Shown: one piece after another, positions 13,331 to 27,689 of the stretch | Position numbering within the stretch: the first letter of the stretch is position 1 | Layout: each line of letters begins with the position of its first letter | DNA from: Eledone cirrhosa | Taxonomy: Eukaryota | Assembly (NCBI GenBank): GCA_964016885.1 | Contig: OZ024746.1 | Coordinates: 89,528,001 to 89,592,000 of the forward strand | Length of the DNA stretch: 64,000 bases | Reading direction: 5' to 3' | Program-made: the position numbers and the translations under genes | The notes under the pieces: model-generated | What the model was told of the DNA's origin: nothing | The model's database searches: none | What the model saw: the letters and a program-made list of their open reading frames with translations, nothing else

Positions 13331-14817
13331 TTAGTAGTAGTAGAATTAGAAGAAGTGAATATATTAGAAGTGCGAAACGAAACCTATAAACTCAAATAAG
13401 AAAGAAATGTACAGCTGTTTTTGAGAAATCTATGAGAAAACTTATTCCAGTATGTTTAGTGTTACATTATACAATACGTCACCTCCTTTTTCCGTGCTGG
13501 AAAGTGTTAATAGTAATGATGAATTAGCTGTCGATTTAGACAATGAGCTGTCATTTATTTCATCAACTGAACTTTGGATTCGGGTATTAACTTGTCCTCA
13601 ACGTAATGCTTAAAATGAATCAACTTCACACAACATGTGACAAAGCTGGGTTATTAAATTAGACGGGCAATACATCATGATGCTTCCATACAGATTCCGT
13701 CCGTTCAATTTCACACACTTTGTTCAAGTCTTCTCCACAATATATTAAAATTGCTTACCCACGATGTAATGCGGTTGAATCGAAACAGAGATCTGACAAT
13801 TGCAGATCCTCTTAATCCTCAATTATATATACGTCTACAGTAATAGTAATTATAACATCAGTGTTAGCCCTTGTAAATTTAATGAATGAGTAAATAAAAT
13901 CAATAATAGAATATCAGTAGTAATATGAAAGTGTATAGTTTGGGAACTCACTAAAGACAAATTGTGATGTTAACATTCAAAGCCTTCGGTGCTGATAGGA
14001 TACACATATGTAATTTCCTAGGTTGACAGAACCGGAATATAAGCTATGCATAATTTAGTGAAGTCTATAGCTCACTGGATACAATTTTGCCAAGTTGAAT
14101 ATTGCGTATGAATCGTTGCAGTATAGTTAATATGAACCACATTTTATAAAATTTTCTACATTTAGATCATAATTTAGATTCATTTAACTTCATATTTTTT
14201 TAATATTTCATTATATTATTGAATTATTATCCAATATTTATGCTACACATTTTTTTTTGTTTCTTACCTTTTGATTTAAACCGATACATTTCTGTTATTC
14301 TAAATCACTGTATCTACCGATCCTATTTGCCAGGCACCTTACCAAATTTAAATTGTTAAATATATAATTTGATGTTAGGAGTTCTGGTTCCGTTGAACAT
14401 AGTTAGTATAACCCGATAATTACATACCTAGTGTGATGAGATCTGGATGCAATGAATAGTGACTTGTTTATCGCAAACGTTTCAATTCATTTAATTCAGA
14501 GCGGCTTGTACTTCATTCGTAGAGTCCTGCAGGTTTCAGCTGCTTCTTGCAATTTAAACCAAAATACAAATAGCACGAGATATTGTTAAATTTAATTTGG
14601 TTTTCCATTTTCAGGGTGGCCTCAAGCACACACTACACAAACTCTCTCGTGGCAAGTCCAGCTCGAACTACTTTTAGCCCCGAAGTTTCTGATGAGCGCA
14701 CAAGCTACTTATTAGGGTGCATATGTTTAGTGTAGACAAAATAAAAATGGTCATTTTTGCCACCCTATAATAAACACGCGAACACGAACAGTCACACGCG
14801 CGCGCGCATATATATAT

Positions 14818-15020
14818 ATGTGAGAAAAAACACAGACGCTCCATCTCAAATCTACTTTTGAAAAGCAGAAGAACTGCGAAACCGGTAAAGGAACTAAATA
14901 AATATATATATTTTTTTTAAATAAGACTCCAGTTGCATTTTCGATTTCATCTTTTTTTCTTTATAATTTCACTCGTGTAGGACACCTCGGTTATTTTTCA
15001 TTTTGTAAAAAAAACCTCAC

Positions 15021-15027
<7 letters not shown>
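14818..15027 (+). mobile_element. ~210-bp hammerhead-bearing dispersed repeat (PLE pLTR-like), copy 1
   Basis: Near-identical to 44214-44427 and 49298-49510; followed by (TA)n. Confidence 0.8.
14855..14890 (+). ncRNA. hammerhead U3-A8 variant, copy with shortened stem I
   Basis: CTT-TTGAAAA-GCAG-aagaa-CTGC-GAAA-CCGG-TA-AAG. Confidence 0.6.
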
Positions 15028-15115
<88 letters not shown>

Positions 15116-15429
15116 GTAAGACAACACATGAGAGGTTACTAGATGGATCGAAGATAGTAATGCACAAAGTCAGATAGCCAATGACCACTGCAGAGAAGTG
15201 TATATATATATATATATACATATATATGTATATATATGTATATATATAATGGGAGTGTGTGTGAGTCCTGGAATCCATCGGGGGTAACCACTGAAAGGTA
15301 CACAATACACTATTAGAGTTGAAACATCATGTTTAATACAGAAAAGGGCTTCCATAGGAAAGCCGACCTGATGATTTCCTTTGAAATTAACAGTTCTAAT
15401 CCTGTAGAAGCCATTTCTATATTAAACAT

Positions 15430-15467
<38 letters not shown>

Positions 15468-15474
15468 TATCTAG

Positions 15475-15730
15475 TGTGCGTACAATTCCCGAGATCCATG
15501 GACGAGTTAACTCCAGTAGTCTCTGTCCCTCATTATCGCTGCCATGTCCTGCGTCTCCAACAGACTAGTGTCTGTCCTTAGGGCATCAACTATGTTAACC
15601 TTGGTCTTCCTCCTCCAGTGGCTCCCACAGGAGCATTGAGTGCAGTGTCAACTTTGGATGTCGGTGATCATGACCAGCTAACCTCAGTCTCCTCTGTGTC
15701 TCGGCTTTTGGTGGAAGATTCCAATCATGT
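15475..15730 (-). mobile_element. degenerate RTE-like LINE 3' end
   Basis: - strand RRLRLAGH followed by a GGRP-like segment. Confidence 0.5.
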
Positions 15731-18454
15731 CTTTACCTGGAATGCAGTGCCTTTTATATACGTGTTTTAAATGGAGACTACCCCCCCCCCCCCCCCCCCC
15801 ACACACACACACCAGTCGTCAATCTACATCGTATTTTAAAGTGTATGTTTTTCCTTGTTTTTTTTTTCTTTTGTATTCATATTGAATAACATGTATGATT
15901 TCTGAAGACCTTTCTCATTTCTGTTTTAAAAGTACTTATTATACACCTGAGTTTTACACGATGCCGGTAATTATTTTACTGCTCTGTAGTTTTGTGGTCA
16001 TTGGTTGTCTGACTTATCGTGGTTCCATCTAACATGCCATGTGTTGTCTTTAATAATGTATTGAATGATGTTGCTATATTTTTTGTAATATTACTTTTAA
16101 CCAGATATCGTGCATCTCATGAATTCACTGCCTTTCCAGTTGTTATCAAATTCCCATCCAATTTGTTCCAGCAATTTTTGTATATTTTAATTTTCTTTTC
16201 CTTTACCACGTCTTTGGTATGCATTATAAACAGTTATCATGTATGTTTTGCTTCCTTGTGCTTCAATAATAAAATTGGATATATATTATTGTTGGTATAT
16301 TTTCTAGGTTATTTTTTATGTATGTTTCGTTAGAATTGTTTCGTATTTATTACAAGCACACCATTTGTAAGCAAGATTCGTTTCATATGTTTCAAAGCAT
16401 TCTAATGAACATGTATGCCACGATAATATGCTATCATTCTTACTCCTCTTTCGGGAAATAATACATTTTATCCATATTCAATTTTCTTAATGTATCTTGT
16501 GGTTTTTCATATTTACATTATAAAACCATCCATTTTGCTCTCTTTCTGTGTATCTCTCTCTCTCTTCTATTTCTTTTTGAATATCTGTCTGTTTAACAAC
16601 CTACGGATATGTACTTCACCTTATCGCATGCATTTTTCACAGGATTCTACAGGGCTTGAATGAAAGTTGATTCATTCAATAATCAGTTGAATTCAGTTTC
16701 TCAATTGGCAAAACAAATATGATATTATGTAGCTTGTATTGATGCTACTACCGATACTAATTTTATAGAAAGTAGCCGTAGTCATCATTGTCGTTGCGAT
16801 GTCATAGTGGTATTCTTGTAATAGTTTTAGTAATGTCAGATCACCATCAGCACACCAGTGGATATACTGTCGTGTAACTTCCAGATTTTACAATTCCTCC
16901 TATAGCTTTTAGTATATTACACACACACAGACAAGCAAATATTCACACACATAAACACAGGCAAACAGCCACTCACATACACAGCCACGCACACACAGGA
17001 AAATAGACATCCACATCCACACCTACACACATGCTTTAAAAGATTTTTAACAATACCGTTGATAATTTGTATTAGTTCTCTATATGTATCCCAAAACCGA
17101 CTTCAAAGCGTGTTGTGTATGTTTAACTATATAGAAAGGTCTGGGATGATTTCGCTTTTTTTGGTAGTGTACTATTTTGTTCACTTTATGCTCTTCATAA
17201 TACATAGTTTCCTTCCTATTATGTTGAAGTTTACAAATGATATGAATTATTTTCGTGCCTATTATCGTATTTCTATCACTGTGTTTGGTTTATAATATTG
17301 GTCACACTTTATTATATTTCTTCAACGTTCAGTTTTGTATGTCGTATAAGATTTATTTCCATGTAATTTTTGGGCAAGTGAGTCTACTCGAATGTCCAGA
17401 TCTAGTTCAGTAGTCTTAGACTTAGTTTAACCGACTTTTAAGTAGCAATATCACTGTTTTCTAGACTTTGACCATAATATTAGGGAGCTCCTGGTGGTAC
17501 ACTTAGGAGCACATGGTTATTTCTCGGCTTTAAGGAAGAGGCGGTTCGCTTATCATTCAAAGGATGTCCAATATGAGAGGTGAATACATTGTATTCCAAA
17601 AGTGAGGAAAAAATAAATTATTTGACGTTCATATCTATATACAACACATATGAACGTATCAAATACTGCGAGGAAAACTTTCTTTAGAAGTACTACAAAC
17701 ATATTAATTGAATGCATGGTTTGGTATTGTTTATTTAGTCTCTAGTGAACCCTGATGAAGTCAACCGTTGTCAGAATATCTTCCAGCCGTGAATATTATC
17801 TTTCTCTTTCTATATCATGTACGACGCTACAGAATGTATCAATTTAGTTTCCAGTGAAGTGTGTGTGTTGAGACAGATTTATTTGCTAATTCTATGATAT
17901 CGATTATGAGCGAGGAGGCTATTTCGTATATTTATTCTAAAAACGATAATACCACAATAGTGTAAATAAGTTTTCATAAATTATATGAGCCGTCATTTTA
18001 ATGTTTCATCCAGTTCATTGATCATGTGAAAACCATCAACAGACTGACCACTGAGGGGACATATTGCATTATTTAATAGCTTGTACTTCTGAAATCATTC
18101 TTTTCAATGATGACGTGAATTACAAATTCAATTTGACCGTCTCTATGTCACACATCATTCAATACATGGTAAATGATGTGATGAATCGCAATTATGGTGT
18201 GGTTAGTCGCCGAATTAATATGAATTACACAGACACGCACAGGCGCATATACCCGCGCACACATACAGACATACAGAGACACACACTTGTGTATATATAT
18301 CTATATCTCCCCCCTCTCTCTATCTCTCTCTGTTTCTCTCTCTTTCTTTCTCTGTCTCTCTCCCTCTCTCTCTCTATATATATTTAGTTACAGCACTGAC
18401 ATATACAGGTACTTCTGTTTCCTTCGGTTATGATATATATCTACCAAACGTATT

Positions 18455-18523
<69 letters not shown>

Positions 18524-19006
18524 GTTTGTCTGTGTATATACATAAACACACGCACATTATATATATATATATACATAGGTCTATGTTTGGGTTATTTTGA
18601 ATGTGCACTCATGTGTGAAGTAGGCATATATGTATAAACACAATACATTCCAGCCGATGCAATCGTCAGCATGATACAACAATGCCTCATTAAATAAATA
18701 CAGATCATATATCTATAGCTACAGCACTAGTATGAAGGATAAAACATTGTATAATATTAATGAACAAAGGAACTACACATCATACATACATATATGTAAA
18801 TATGTATTGAGTGTTTGAGAAGTTCATGTTTCTGCAAACTGAATTCTTAACTTGTTTCATCAGCCATTGAACGGATGAGCTGGTAGAAAGTTTATAATTC
18901 TGGAATGGAATCTCAATGCGGTGTTGAGATGCAAGGGATATTCCAACATTTCAGAATACAGATAAATGAAACGAATGAAAAATTCCTTTGAATATCCCAA
19001 TCCTTA

Positions 19007-19195
19007 TATAATTGTTTCTACTTTAGGCACAAGGCCAGCAATAACCCAGTGCATTACTGGTACTTTATTTTATCGACCCCGTAAGGATGAAACGCAAAGT
19101 CAACCTCGGTGAGATTTGAACTCAGATCGTAAAGGGACGTAAATATGCTGCAAAGCATGTGGTGTCCGACCCTCTACCATACTGGCAATCCACCA
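19007..19195 (-). mobile_element. tRNA-derived SINE
   Basis: Family body; flanked by the direct repeat aatccttatata(t)aat, a probable target-site duplication. Confidence 0.9.
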
Positions 19196-20397
19196 ATCCT
19201 TATATAATGTTACAAGAGCAAGTAATTGTGCAGTAAATATCTCCGCCTATCTCTTTGCATACACACCCACCTACACACATACACACATATATAAACAAGA
19301 AGTGAAAGTCAACAGGTTAAAATTAACTTCGTTTATTCATAGTTGTAAATGAACGTTGAGAAATAGTCTTACCTTTCTGGATTGAGGTAGGTCTTGTAAG
19401 TGCAGAGATTGCATAAAGACACTAGTTCGCAATGTATGAGAGAGTGTGTGTGTGTGTGTGAGTATGTGTGTGAGTGTGTGTGTGCGCGTGTGTGTGCGCG
19501 CGCGTGTGTGTGTGTGTGAGTATGTATGTGTGTGTGTGTGCTTGTGTGCGCGCGTGTGTGTGTGTGTGGGGGGGGGGGTGTATATGTCCGTCTGCTTTAA
19601 AAAGTGTGGTTAAATGTGTGGACGTAGATTCAGTTTTAGTTCTGTCAAACAAAATGTCCCATTTGATATTTTTAACACCCCTTTAATCTCTGCGTTAAAC
19701 GATGGCTTGCTTTCCACTAGAGTTAAACTATACCTTCCTTCCTACTAGACTTGACTTTTAGAAAAGGTCAGTTGTTTTAAATAAGATTTATATTCTAAAG
19801 ACATTTTATACGTAAACATCTTTTCTGTCGTTCCCAACTTTCTAATAGGATCCCTTATATACTGTGACCTTAGTTTTTTGCTGGTTGAATGTCATTTGAC
19901 AGGGCTTGTTCTAGAAGTTTGGGACTTAATGTCAAGGAACTTTCAAAGCAGCGGAAATTTAGCTATTGTTCATAATTGTGATGGTGACATTGATGATGAT
20001 AATGGCGAAAACGATAATGATGATGATGTTAATGATAACGATGATGATATTGGCAGTATTTCTGTTAGAGCTGTTGCTGAAAATAAATCATATTCTTAAA
20101 TAATCTAAAATCGTACAAGTGGAAAAAAATCATTTGAATAATATAGAGATTGCTTGATGGAGTAATTCATAATGATTTATAAATGTTTTATATATCACTC
20201 TTGTCAAAAATCATTATGTACATTAATTGACATTTATCAATTATATTTAAAAACCGATGCTTTCGGTAAATAATCGATAAATAAATGAAAGAATCACTAC
20301 AAACATTAAATACGGAATTGATACAGGAATCTGATTATAAGCCGATGGGAAATTATTAGTAAATTAGCAGACTGGTAAAACCAAGCACACATACTTA

Positions 20398-20830
20398 CAT
20401 TTAAGTATCAGCCGTACTAAGAGTGGGAAATGAAATTTCGTTTCATTCTTTTCCATTTATCGTTTTCTGTGCGCCCGGCCGACTAACTCACTCGATATGC
20501 AAATTAGGCTGCTCAGCCGTTAATATGCATAAGTAAAGTATATACTTTCAGACGTTCAATCATCTGGCAAGAAGGTATACGGTGCTGACGATAGCTAATA
20601 ATCTTGAAACTAGTACATCGTTCCTGTGTCAGTGTTGAACAAAAGGGCGGCGATGGTTGCCTAAACACTGAACAGCGTAATCCGGGCTGTTTGTTTGTTT
20701 ACAAACGAAAAAACCCAGCATTATAATAAATGTTCGATAAACCCATAAGAACATATATATATATATGTGTACATGTATGTATATACATATATACATACTA
20801 CTGTACGTCTGTATACATATATGTATGTAC
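20398..20830 (+). mobile_element. hammerhead-bearing dispersed repeat, second family
   Basis: Shares a ~250-bp block and flanking modules with 30083-30500; further modules at 58640-58860. Confidence 0.7.
20579..20621 (+). ncRNA. hammerhead ribozyme, paralogue of 30168 with weakened stem II
   Basis: ACGGTG-CTGACGA-tagctaataatctt-GAAA-CTAG-TA-CATCGT; stem I is kept through a G.U pair. Confidence 0.65.
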
Positions 20831-20858
20831 GTATACAAACATACTTACACACACACAG

Positions 20859-20889
<31 letters not shown>

Positions 20890-20890
20890 G

Positions 20891-20921
<31 letters not shown>

Positions 20922-21038
20922 CATGTGTATGTTTGTGAAGGGAACATATATATATATGTATGTGTACATATATGTATATATATGTATGTGTACATATACA
21001 TATAAGTATATATATATATGTATCTATACTTATATTAT

Positions 21039-21647
21039 GTCAGGTCACCAGTTGGTGCTACTGGTAACATGTATCCCAGTACAACCTGTCCCATGGTCGG
21101 GTCGTTGGCGACTAAACTGGCAACCCCACCAAGGTTTCTTGGTGAGGAGGGTGACTTTGGACATCCTGCAGGACTAAAAACAAAACCTGTCAAAGGGCAA
21201 AGGAGCTCTTAAGAGTCAATGGCCATCCAAAATCACCGGGAGAGATGACCCCTTAGCCTTTGTCAAGGCAGAATTCTAGGAGAAGGAAAACTCTGATATA
21301 ACACCTGCAACCCTGATGGTATCCAATGATGTTGACTTGTTCTTCTTTTTGGTAAATATCATCTTGGTTAAGAGAGTGGGACTGGCTTTGTGCAGTGCCT
21401 TTGCTCACTATAAAAGCTTCACGGCAGAGGCATTGCTTTATATCTGGAGATCTCTCTGCACTTGTCGTCACATGGTACCATGGGCCCAGCACTATGTGTC
21501 AGTAATTGTCACAAGTGTAGTGTTTGTACCAGAGTTTTCAAGTCGCTGGCTGGACTAAAAAGTCACACTCGTTCAGCGCATCGGTAGGGGTTCTCCTACA
21601 TGGATATAAAGTAGTGGCCGTACTCGAAAACGAGTTGGCAGCCACCA
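21039..21647 (+). mobile_element. bipartite non-autonomous RTE-derived retroelement, apparently full length (~610 bp)
   Basis: The 5' part carries the RTE 5'UTR-like motif ctaggagaaggaaaactctga. The 3' part encodes a terminal C2H2-like finger, [23 protein letters not shown]. Flanked by TA/TG microsatellite. Confidence 0.75.
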
Positions 21648-21813
21648 TGTATATATATATATGTATATATATGTATGTATACTTATGTGTATATATATAT
21701 ATATATGTATATATGTATTTATGTATGTATACACTTATATGTGTATATATATATATGTATGTATGTATGTATACGTCTATATGTATGTAGATGTTTAAAT
21801 TAGTGTTTCAAAT

Positions 21814-22002
21814 AAATATTTGTTTCTACTTTAGGCACAAGGCCAGCAATAACCCAGTTCATTACTGGTACTTTATTTTATCGACCCCGTAAGGATGAAA
21901 GGCAAAGTCAACCTCGGCGGGATTTGAACTCAGATCGTAAAGGGACGTAACTATGCCGGAAAGCATGGCGTCCGACCCTCTACCGATACTGCCAATCCAC
22001 CA
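21814..22002 (-). mobile_element. tRNA-derived SINE
   Basis: Full family body. Confidence 0.9.
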
Positions 22003-22061
22003 AATATTAACTGCATGAGCACTGAATTCTGCTAGATAGGTTTATAATTATGCGGATCCTT

Positions 22062-22153
<92 letters not shown>

Positions 22154-24029
22154 ATATATATATATATAGATAGAGAGAGAAAGGGAGAAAGTGACTGAGG
22201 AAGAGAGAGAGAGAGAAAGAGAGCTAAATAAAAAGAAAGAGGCGAAGAGAAGAAACATGATGTGGAGGGTCAATCTGCATATTAAATCCATATTCTGTCT
22301 CTGTTTTATAATTTGGGTAGATGTATATATTCTACTAAACATGAGTATACCTATATTCCCTCTAGGTTTTCCTTTAAATGTAAATGCACCTAGCTTGTTG
22401 ATTGAACGGAAAAGTGAGTAACTTAAACAAACTCGTGTCCGCAACTCATATGTTCGGATATTGGTACATATCTTCCCTGAAACATATTCTAATCAGTTAG
22501 CTAGACGTCGAACTTATTATCATGGTAATAACATGTATATTCGATGGTTGTGACGATGATCGTTTCACTGGTACGTTCAAATGAATATTCCATTCATGAA
22601 ATTAACGTAACAATGATTTATTATTCCACTGAAACACGTATTCTTTATGTAATTCTCAAGGAGATTCGGTATCATCTTTTGATTTACACGTACTGTTCAT
22701 CAGATAAATTTCTTAATAATGTTCGTCTCCCCAATGTCTTTGACGGTGTTTGGATTGAATCGGAATTAGGATAAATGACCCAGGCACAAAATTCCGCACC
22801 CTTAGATAAAATCCAGTACCCTATGTTTGTGAAGGGAACATTGTAATTATAAATTGACACGCAGGGTCTACGTGACAAATGCATACACGGCGCTCACGTT
22901 AAGATAATCTTAATTAACTAGTTATTCAACATATTATATGACATATGTGAAACTCATAGTATTTCTGAATCTATTTATGACAAATTTCAGCCTCAGCTAA
23001 ACAGCAACTCACCAACATGCTCAATAGTAAATTATTGAAACATCATACTTGGTACTTTTGAATTATGTATAACGGTCGGGTATTTGGTGGTCTCTTCGCT
23101 AAGCATTACAATACGAACATCGCAATCTGACTGTGTTTAACATTTCTTAGCATCTTGATTTTAAGGTGTTCCATGGTGGCGGGTGTCTATTCTTGTATTT
23201 TTCATTTTATTGCTAAGTGGTTTCCGTTTTCGAGGCTTTTATTCTTTTGTTATTTCTACTGTAACTTTGCTAGCCATCTCTTTATTCTCCATAGCCTAAA
23301 TGTGTTTGGTCAGTGCTGCTACACCTTACCGCTATGAAATTTTCTCATACATATTTGATATCAGTGGTAACTCGTACGGCGAAGTGATATCTCCCCCTCT
23401 CATATAAAAGTAACCCTTTTGATGGCCTTTGGCTTTTGTTGCATTGACTGCTATTAACTGAAACATATTTTTCTCCTCTGCAGCTCATCCCCTCACATAG
23501 TTACTGATAACACAAGCATAATAGCTGAATCTCCCTCCTGTAATGCAAGTTTGATTGTCATATCTCCTTTGCCACGGACAGAATTAATCTCAATGAATAT
23601 TTTATGGGTTCTCAGATAAAGAGAAATAACATATCAATGCAGATCAGCCTCAGCACATCTTTGCGTGTTATTTTCGCTCATCACATCACCGTGACTGCTT
23701 TCAAAAGACCTAGGCACATTCTCTCTTTTTGATCTTTCAATTAAGGAGACATTCTTTCAAACACCATCCCGGACTATTCTACTTAATGTATTCTAAGAGA
23801 AATAATGCAATTCCCTCCAGGCACAGGTCCCCATGACTTTAATACATCCTTTTCCTGTACTATTTCTATTATCTACTTCTCGTTTGCAACGATAGAAATG
23901 GTAACTCATTTCATATATCAGTATTTTTTCAATTGTACTTGTCAAAACCACTACGGACAATATGGATGTTAAAGAACGACTGACAGAATAGCGTGCGGTA
24001 TTAGCCTGTCTATTACAGGGCTTCAAAAA

Positions 24030-24730
24030 ATATTTTTAACTACATAAATGAAAAAATCCAAATTATAACCCAAGAGTTGTAATACTTTACTTTACCTCGA
24101 GTCCTTTTCTTTCGTCTTCATCATCTGTTGTCTAGTCATGATGCTGGTATAGGTCCTTCCAATCAATTTAGTCCAAATCAATTCTTTTTCGAATTTACTG
24201 CCATACTAGATGGGCTGTAGAAATTAGTGTTGTCATTTGTAAATTCGTTATTGCTATTTCTTTGGAGCCATATGTTGCTACGATCATGTGTTCCTCAGAA
24301 AGGCATGTATAATTACTAAGAGAATATAAAATATAACATTTGTCCGAATCTCAAGAACCCCGTCTTTACTCAAGACTCACAATCACATAATATTCAATAA
24401 ATGTTCACTACCTCCTCATTGCTGTGTTTTCTATTATATCAAATTTACCTACATTTGGAGCTTCTCAGAAAAATAAAGCTCTTAGTCATCAAATTCTCCA
24501 TTATCCTACAGTTGGCTTAGGCCTCTTTCAAGTTTACTTATACATAAATATATTTTCATTATTGTTTCATATTTATCTTTTAATTAAATTATTTATAAAT
24601 TTTGTATCGTTATTGCCACCATCTTGTGTTCTTCCTTACTGCTATCCCCCCAAAAGTGTATCTAATTATCATGGAGGGTTGTTTGCTGAGATATAAAATA
24701 AATGACATGTCCAGAAAAACAAATAAAGCT
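24030..24730. repeat. left arm of a ~700-bp inverted duplication
   Basis: Reverse complement of 27690-28402, with substitutions and small indels. Confidence 0.92.
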
Positions 24731-24889
24731 GAAATATAATACGCATAAAGGACATTCCTAATGTTTTTATTTCTCAATTGTTTCTAAATCTAATTCAATA
24801 TCATTAATACGTACTTGTAGAATACCCATTTATACCTAAATGCATGTGTTAATCGTTCTGTGGATTGAACGACTGTATGATCTTCGTTG

Positions 24890-25517
24890 AAAATGCAGGA
24901 AAATGCATAACAGTCAAATTCAATTCACACTATGAAAATGGGCTTGGTACAAAAACATAAGGTATTTTGGAAGGCGGGCCGCCAACAGACCTAATCGTGG
25001 AAAAACTGCATGCCTGGACAATATGTAAAGAAAATAAACCGAATACTCTGATGGCTGGATAATCTTTAAGATTTTCCTCAATGAAGCAGGAAAAATGCAG
25101 GTTTTCACCTAATGCGGGCCCTAGGGGATCAAAAAATATTTTTTTTTTATGTGGATAATATGCCTTGAAATTTCGGGAAAAGCGGCTCGTTGTAACGCCT
25201 CCAAAAAGCTCTAACAAGCTGAAAAAATGAGGTTTTTCACCTAATAGGGCCCTAGACCATAAACAAGTTGGATTTTCTTTGCTCACGGTATGAAGAAGAG
25301 ACTGACTAATACATAGTTACAATTTCAAGGAAATCGGTCTGACCTAACGCCTCAAATAACCCATAAAAACCTGAAAAACGCAGTTTTTCACCTAATGTGG
25401 GCCCTAGGAGATAAAAAAAATTGAATATTTCGTGCCTAACAGTCCTTGAAACAAGTAATACACATGTAAAGTTTGAAAAGAATCGGTTAGGTACTTCTCG
25501 AGTTTTAGGGATTCAAA

Positions 25518-25574
<57 letters not shown>

Positions 25575-25859
25575 CCTCAGGGAAGTGACGTAATGCAGAC
25601 AGCCAGACATACAGACATATATTATAACGGCCCGAAGTTATATGTATGTTTCTATCTAAAAGGAGAAAGACTAAGAGTTATAGAGAGATATCGTTAAATC
25701 GCCTAATGCGGTCCCTAGAACATTGAACATTTTTGGTTCATAACATTCTCTGAAACATGGGTAAAGTTTGAAAAAAATCGGTTGGGTGCTTCTCTAGTTT
25801 TAGGGATTCAAACTCACACACACACACAGACACCCTCAGTTTTATATATATATATAGAT
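24890..25859 (-). mobile_element. non-autonomous Helitron-like element with internal subrepeats
   Basis: - strand TCTATATATATATAAAA-(GT)n-accgattttt..aaacttt. The module is duplicated at 25430-25580, and ttttcacctaatg.gggccctag recurs several times. Confidence 0.55.
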
Positions 25860-27257
25860 AATCATTTAAAACAATGATTTCTTCGCGTTTTTGACATTTC
25901 ATCCATTTCGAAACGGTCACTCATATTGGTGAATGAAATATTACTACCCTATTTTGATATTGTAAATATATACAAATATGCTTTTACAATAAATATCCGT
26001 GATTATATGCGAGAATTGTTTATTTATTTATTTATTTTTTTTCTATTTAGTAGTAGATATTTTATAATTCGTCCGATACAGAGAAGATTAGGCCCTGTCA
26101 AAGATTAGGCCCCTGCCAGATAAGAATTGGCCCTGCCAAAGAATGACACACAAATTCATGACGCCTTCATATATGGATGAGGAAGTCGCAGAATTATTAG
26201 ATTTTTGTATTCTGAGTTCAAATCCCTTCCTGATCAACTTTACATTTCAATAAACAAAATACCAGTCATGCACAGTGGTCGATATATATAACTTACTCCA
26301 AACTCAAACTTATTAGCTTAATGCGAATATGAGAAATAATTATTTTTAGTCCTTTGGATTGAATATGTTTATACTTAAATAATCATATAACTTCATTTTT
26401 CTCAACTTCTCACATAATCCGAAAATATTATTTATTAAAGTCAATTGACTATTATGAAAGAATGCCTTTGTTCTATTAACAATACTTTTTTCTATTAACA
26501 ATACATTTTAAGAAAATAACGTTTGGTTAGACAGGAGAAATGCTCACAGCAGACTATCGCTTTGGGATTCACTGACGAAATGAATTATATATGTAGCGCG
26601 CTGATTAATCCTGATATGATTTCATTCCTTGATTTATGTTTATCAACTCTTTCTCCTGCAGCATATTTTAAGAGTGATTAACTCTTTTAAAATCACTTGA
26701 GTTATACATTGACGTGTACAATCTTCGTTCATTTCGTTTCAGCTTATCATATACAATCTAATCTTCGACCCACTGGTGTCAGATCTTCATTTGTTCTGCT
26801 AAAAACCAATAGAATATGTGCAAGTGTTATACTGAATTTGAATTGAGAGATTATAATACCTGATTGAAAATATGGTTTTGTTAGTTTAAGGACCGTTGGT
26901 ATCATAACGAAGAAACGAACACATCATAAGTCGTTCGTATCTTCTTAAAGTTTCAGCGCTGTGTGCTGTTACGATAATTGATTCCAAACAAAAGAATATT
27001 ATTAATACCTAAATCCTAGCAGGTATATACATTGTGTACTATGTCATTTTAATTAGCCCTTAATATTGAACAATACGAATAATATTGCTGAAATGAATTG
27101 TATGCTACTTCTTTGCATTGAAGATGGAATGCGTCCTTGCTGTATAGTATTTACGCTTTCAGCGGAGGGAAATGTTAAGCTTCCGCACAATGCTTGCGCT
27201 ATTCCAATGTTATTTCGTCTGAAACTTCATGTCTTGATGCCTCATTATTGCATATTA

Positions 27258-27352
27258 TTTCGCCTTTCATCCTTACGGGGTCGATAAAATAAAGAACCAG
27301 TAATGCACTGAGATAATTGCTGGTCTTGTGCCTAAAGTAGAAACAATTATTT
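27258..27352 (+). mobile_element. SINE 3' half
   Basis: gcctttcatccttacggggtcgataaaataaag...gtagaaacaattatt. Confidence 0.85.
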
Positions 27353-27689
27353 CAGCGGCTCAATAAGCCATGTATCACATGTGTCACATGTATGATAATG
27401 ATCCAAGGTTATAATTCCATATCAATTTCCCTAGCTATGAAGTCTGTATTTCGTTTCTTCATAGATAGTAGCACAATACTATGAATTTGTTTCGCGCACT
27501 CGTTCCACCTGCCTCATGCCAAGCCTCCATTTGAAAGGATTAAGCTGATCCTCCCCGTTGTTTCATTTGTCCTGTGTTCTGTAATGAACACTTTTACGAA
27601 GAAATGTCGCTTTTATTTCATGAAATACAAATTTGATTTATTTCATTATAGGTGTTTGAGTGGTCACTTGCTTTATACTGTGATTGAAG

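Noticed and set aside
15365-15400. CTGATGA-TTTC-cttt-GAAA motif
   Set aside because: GAAA is used up in stem II and there is no second core half.
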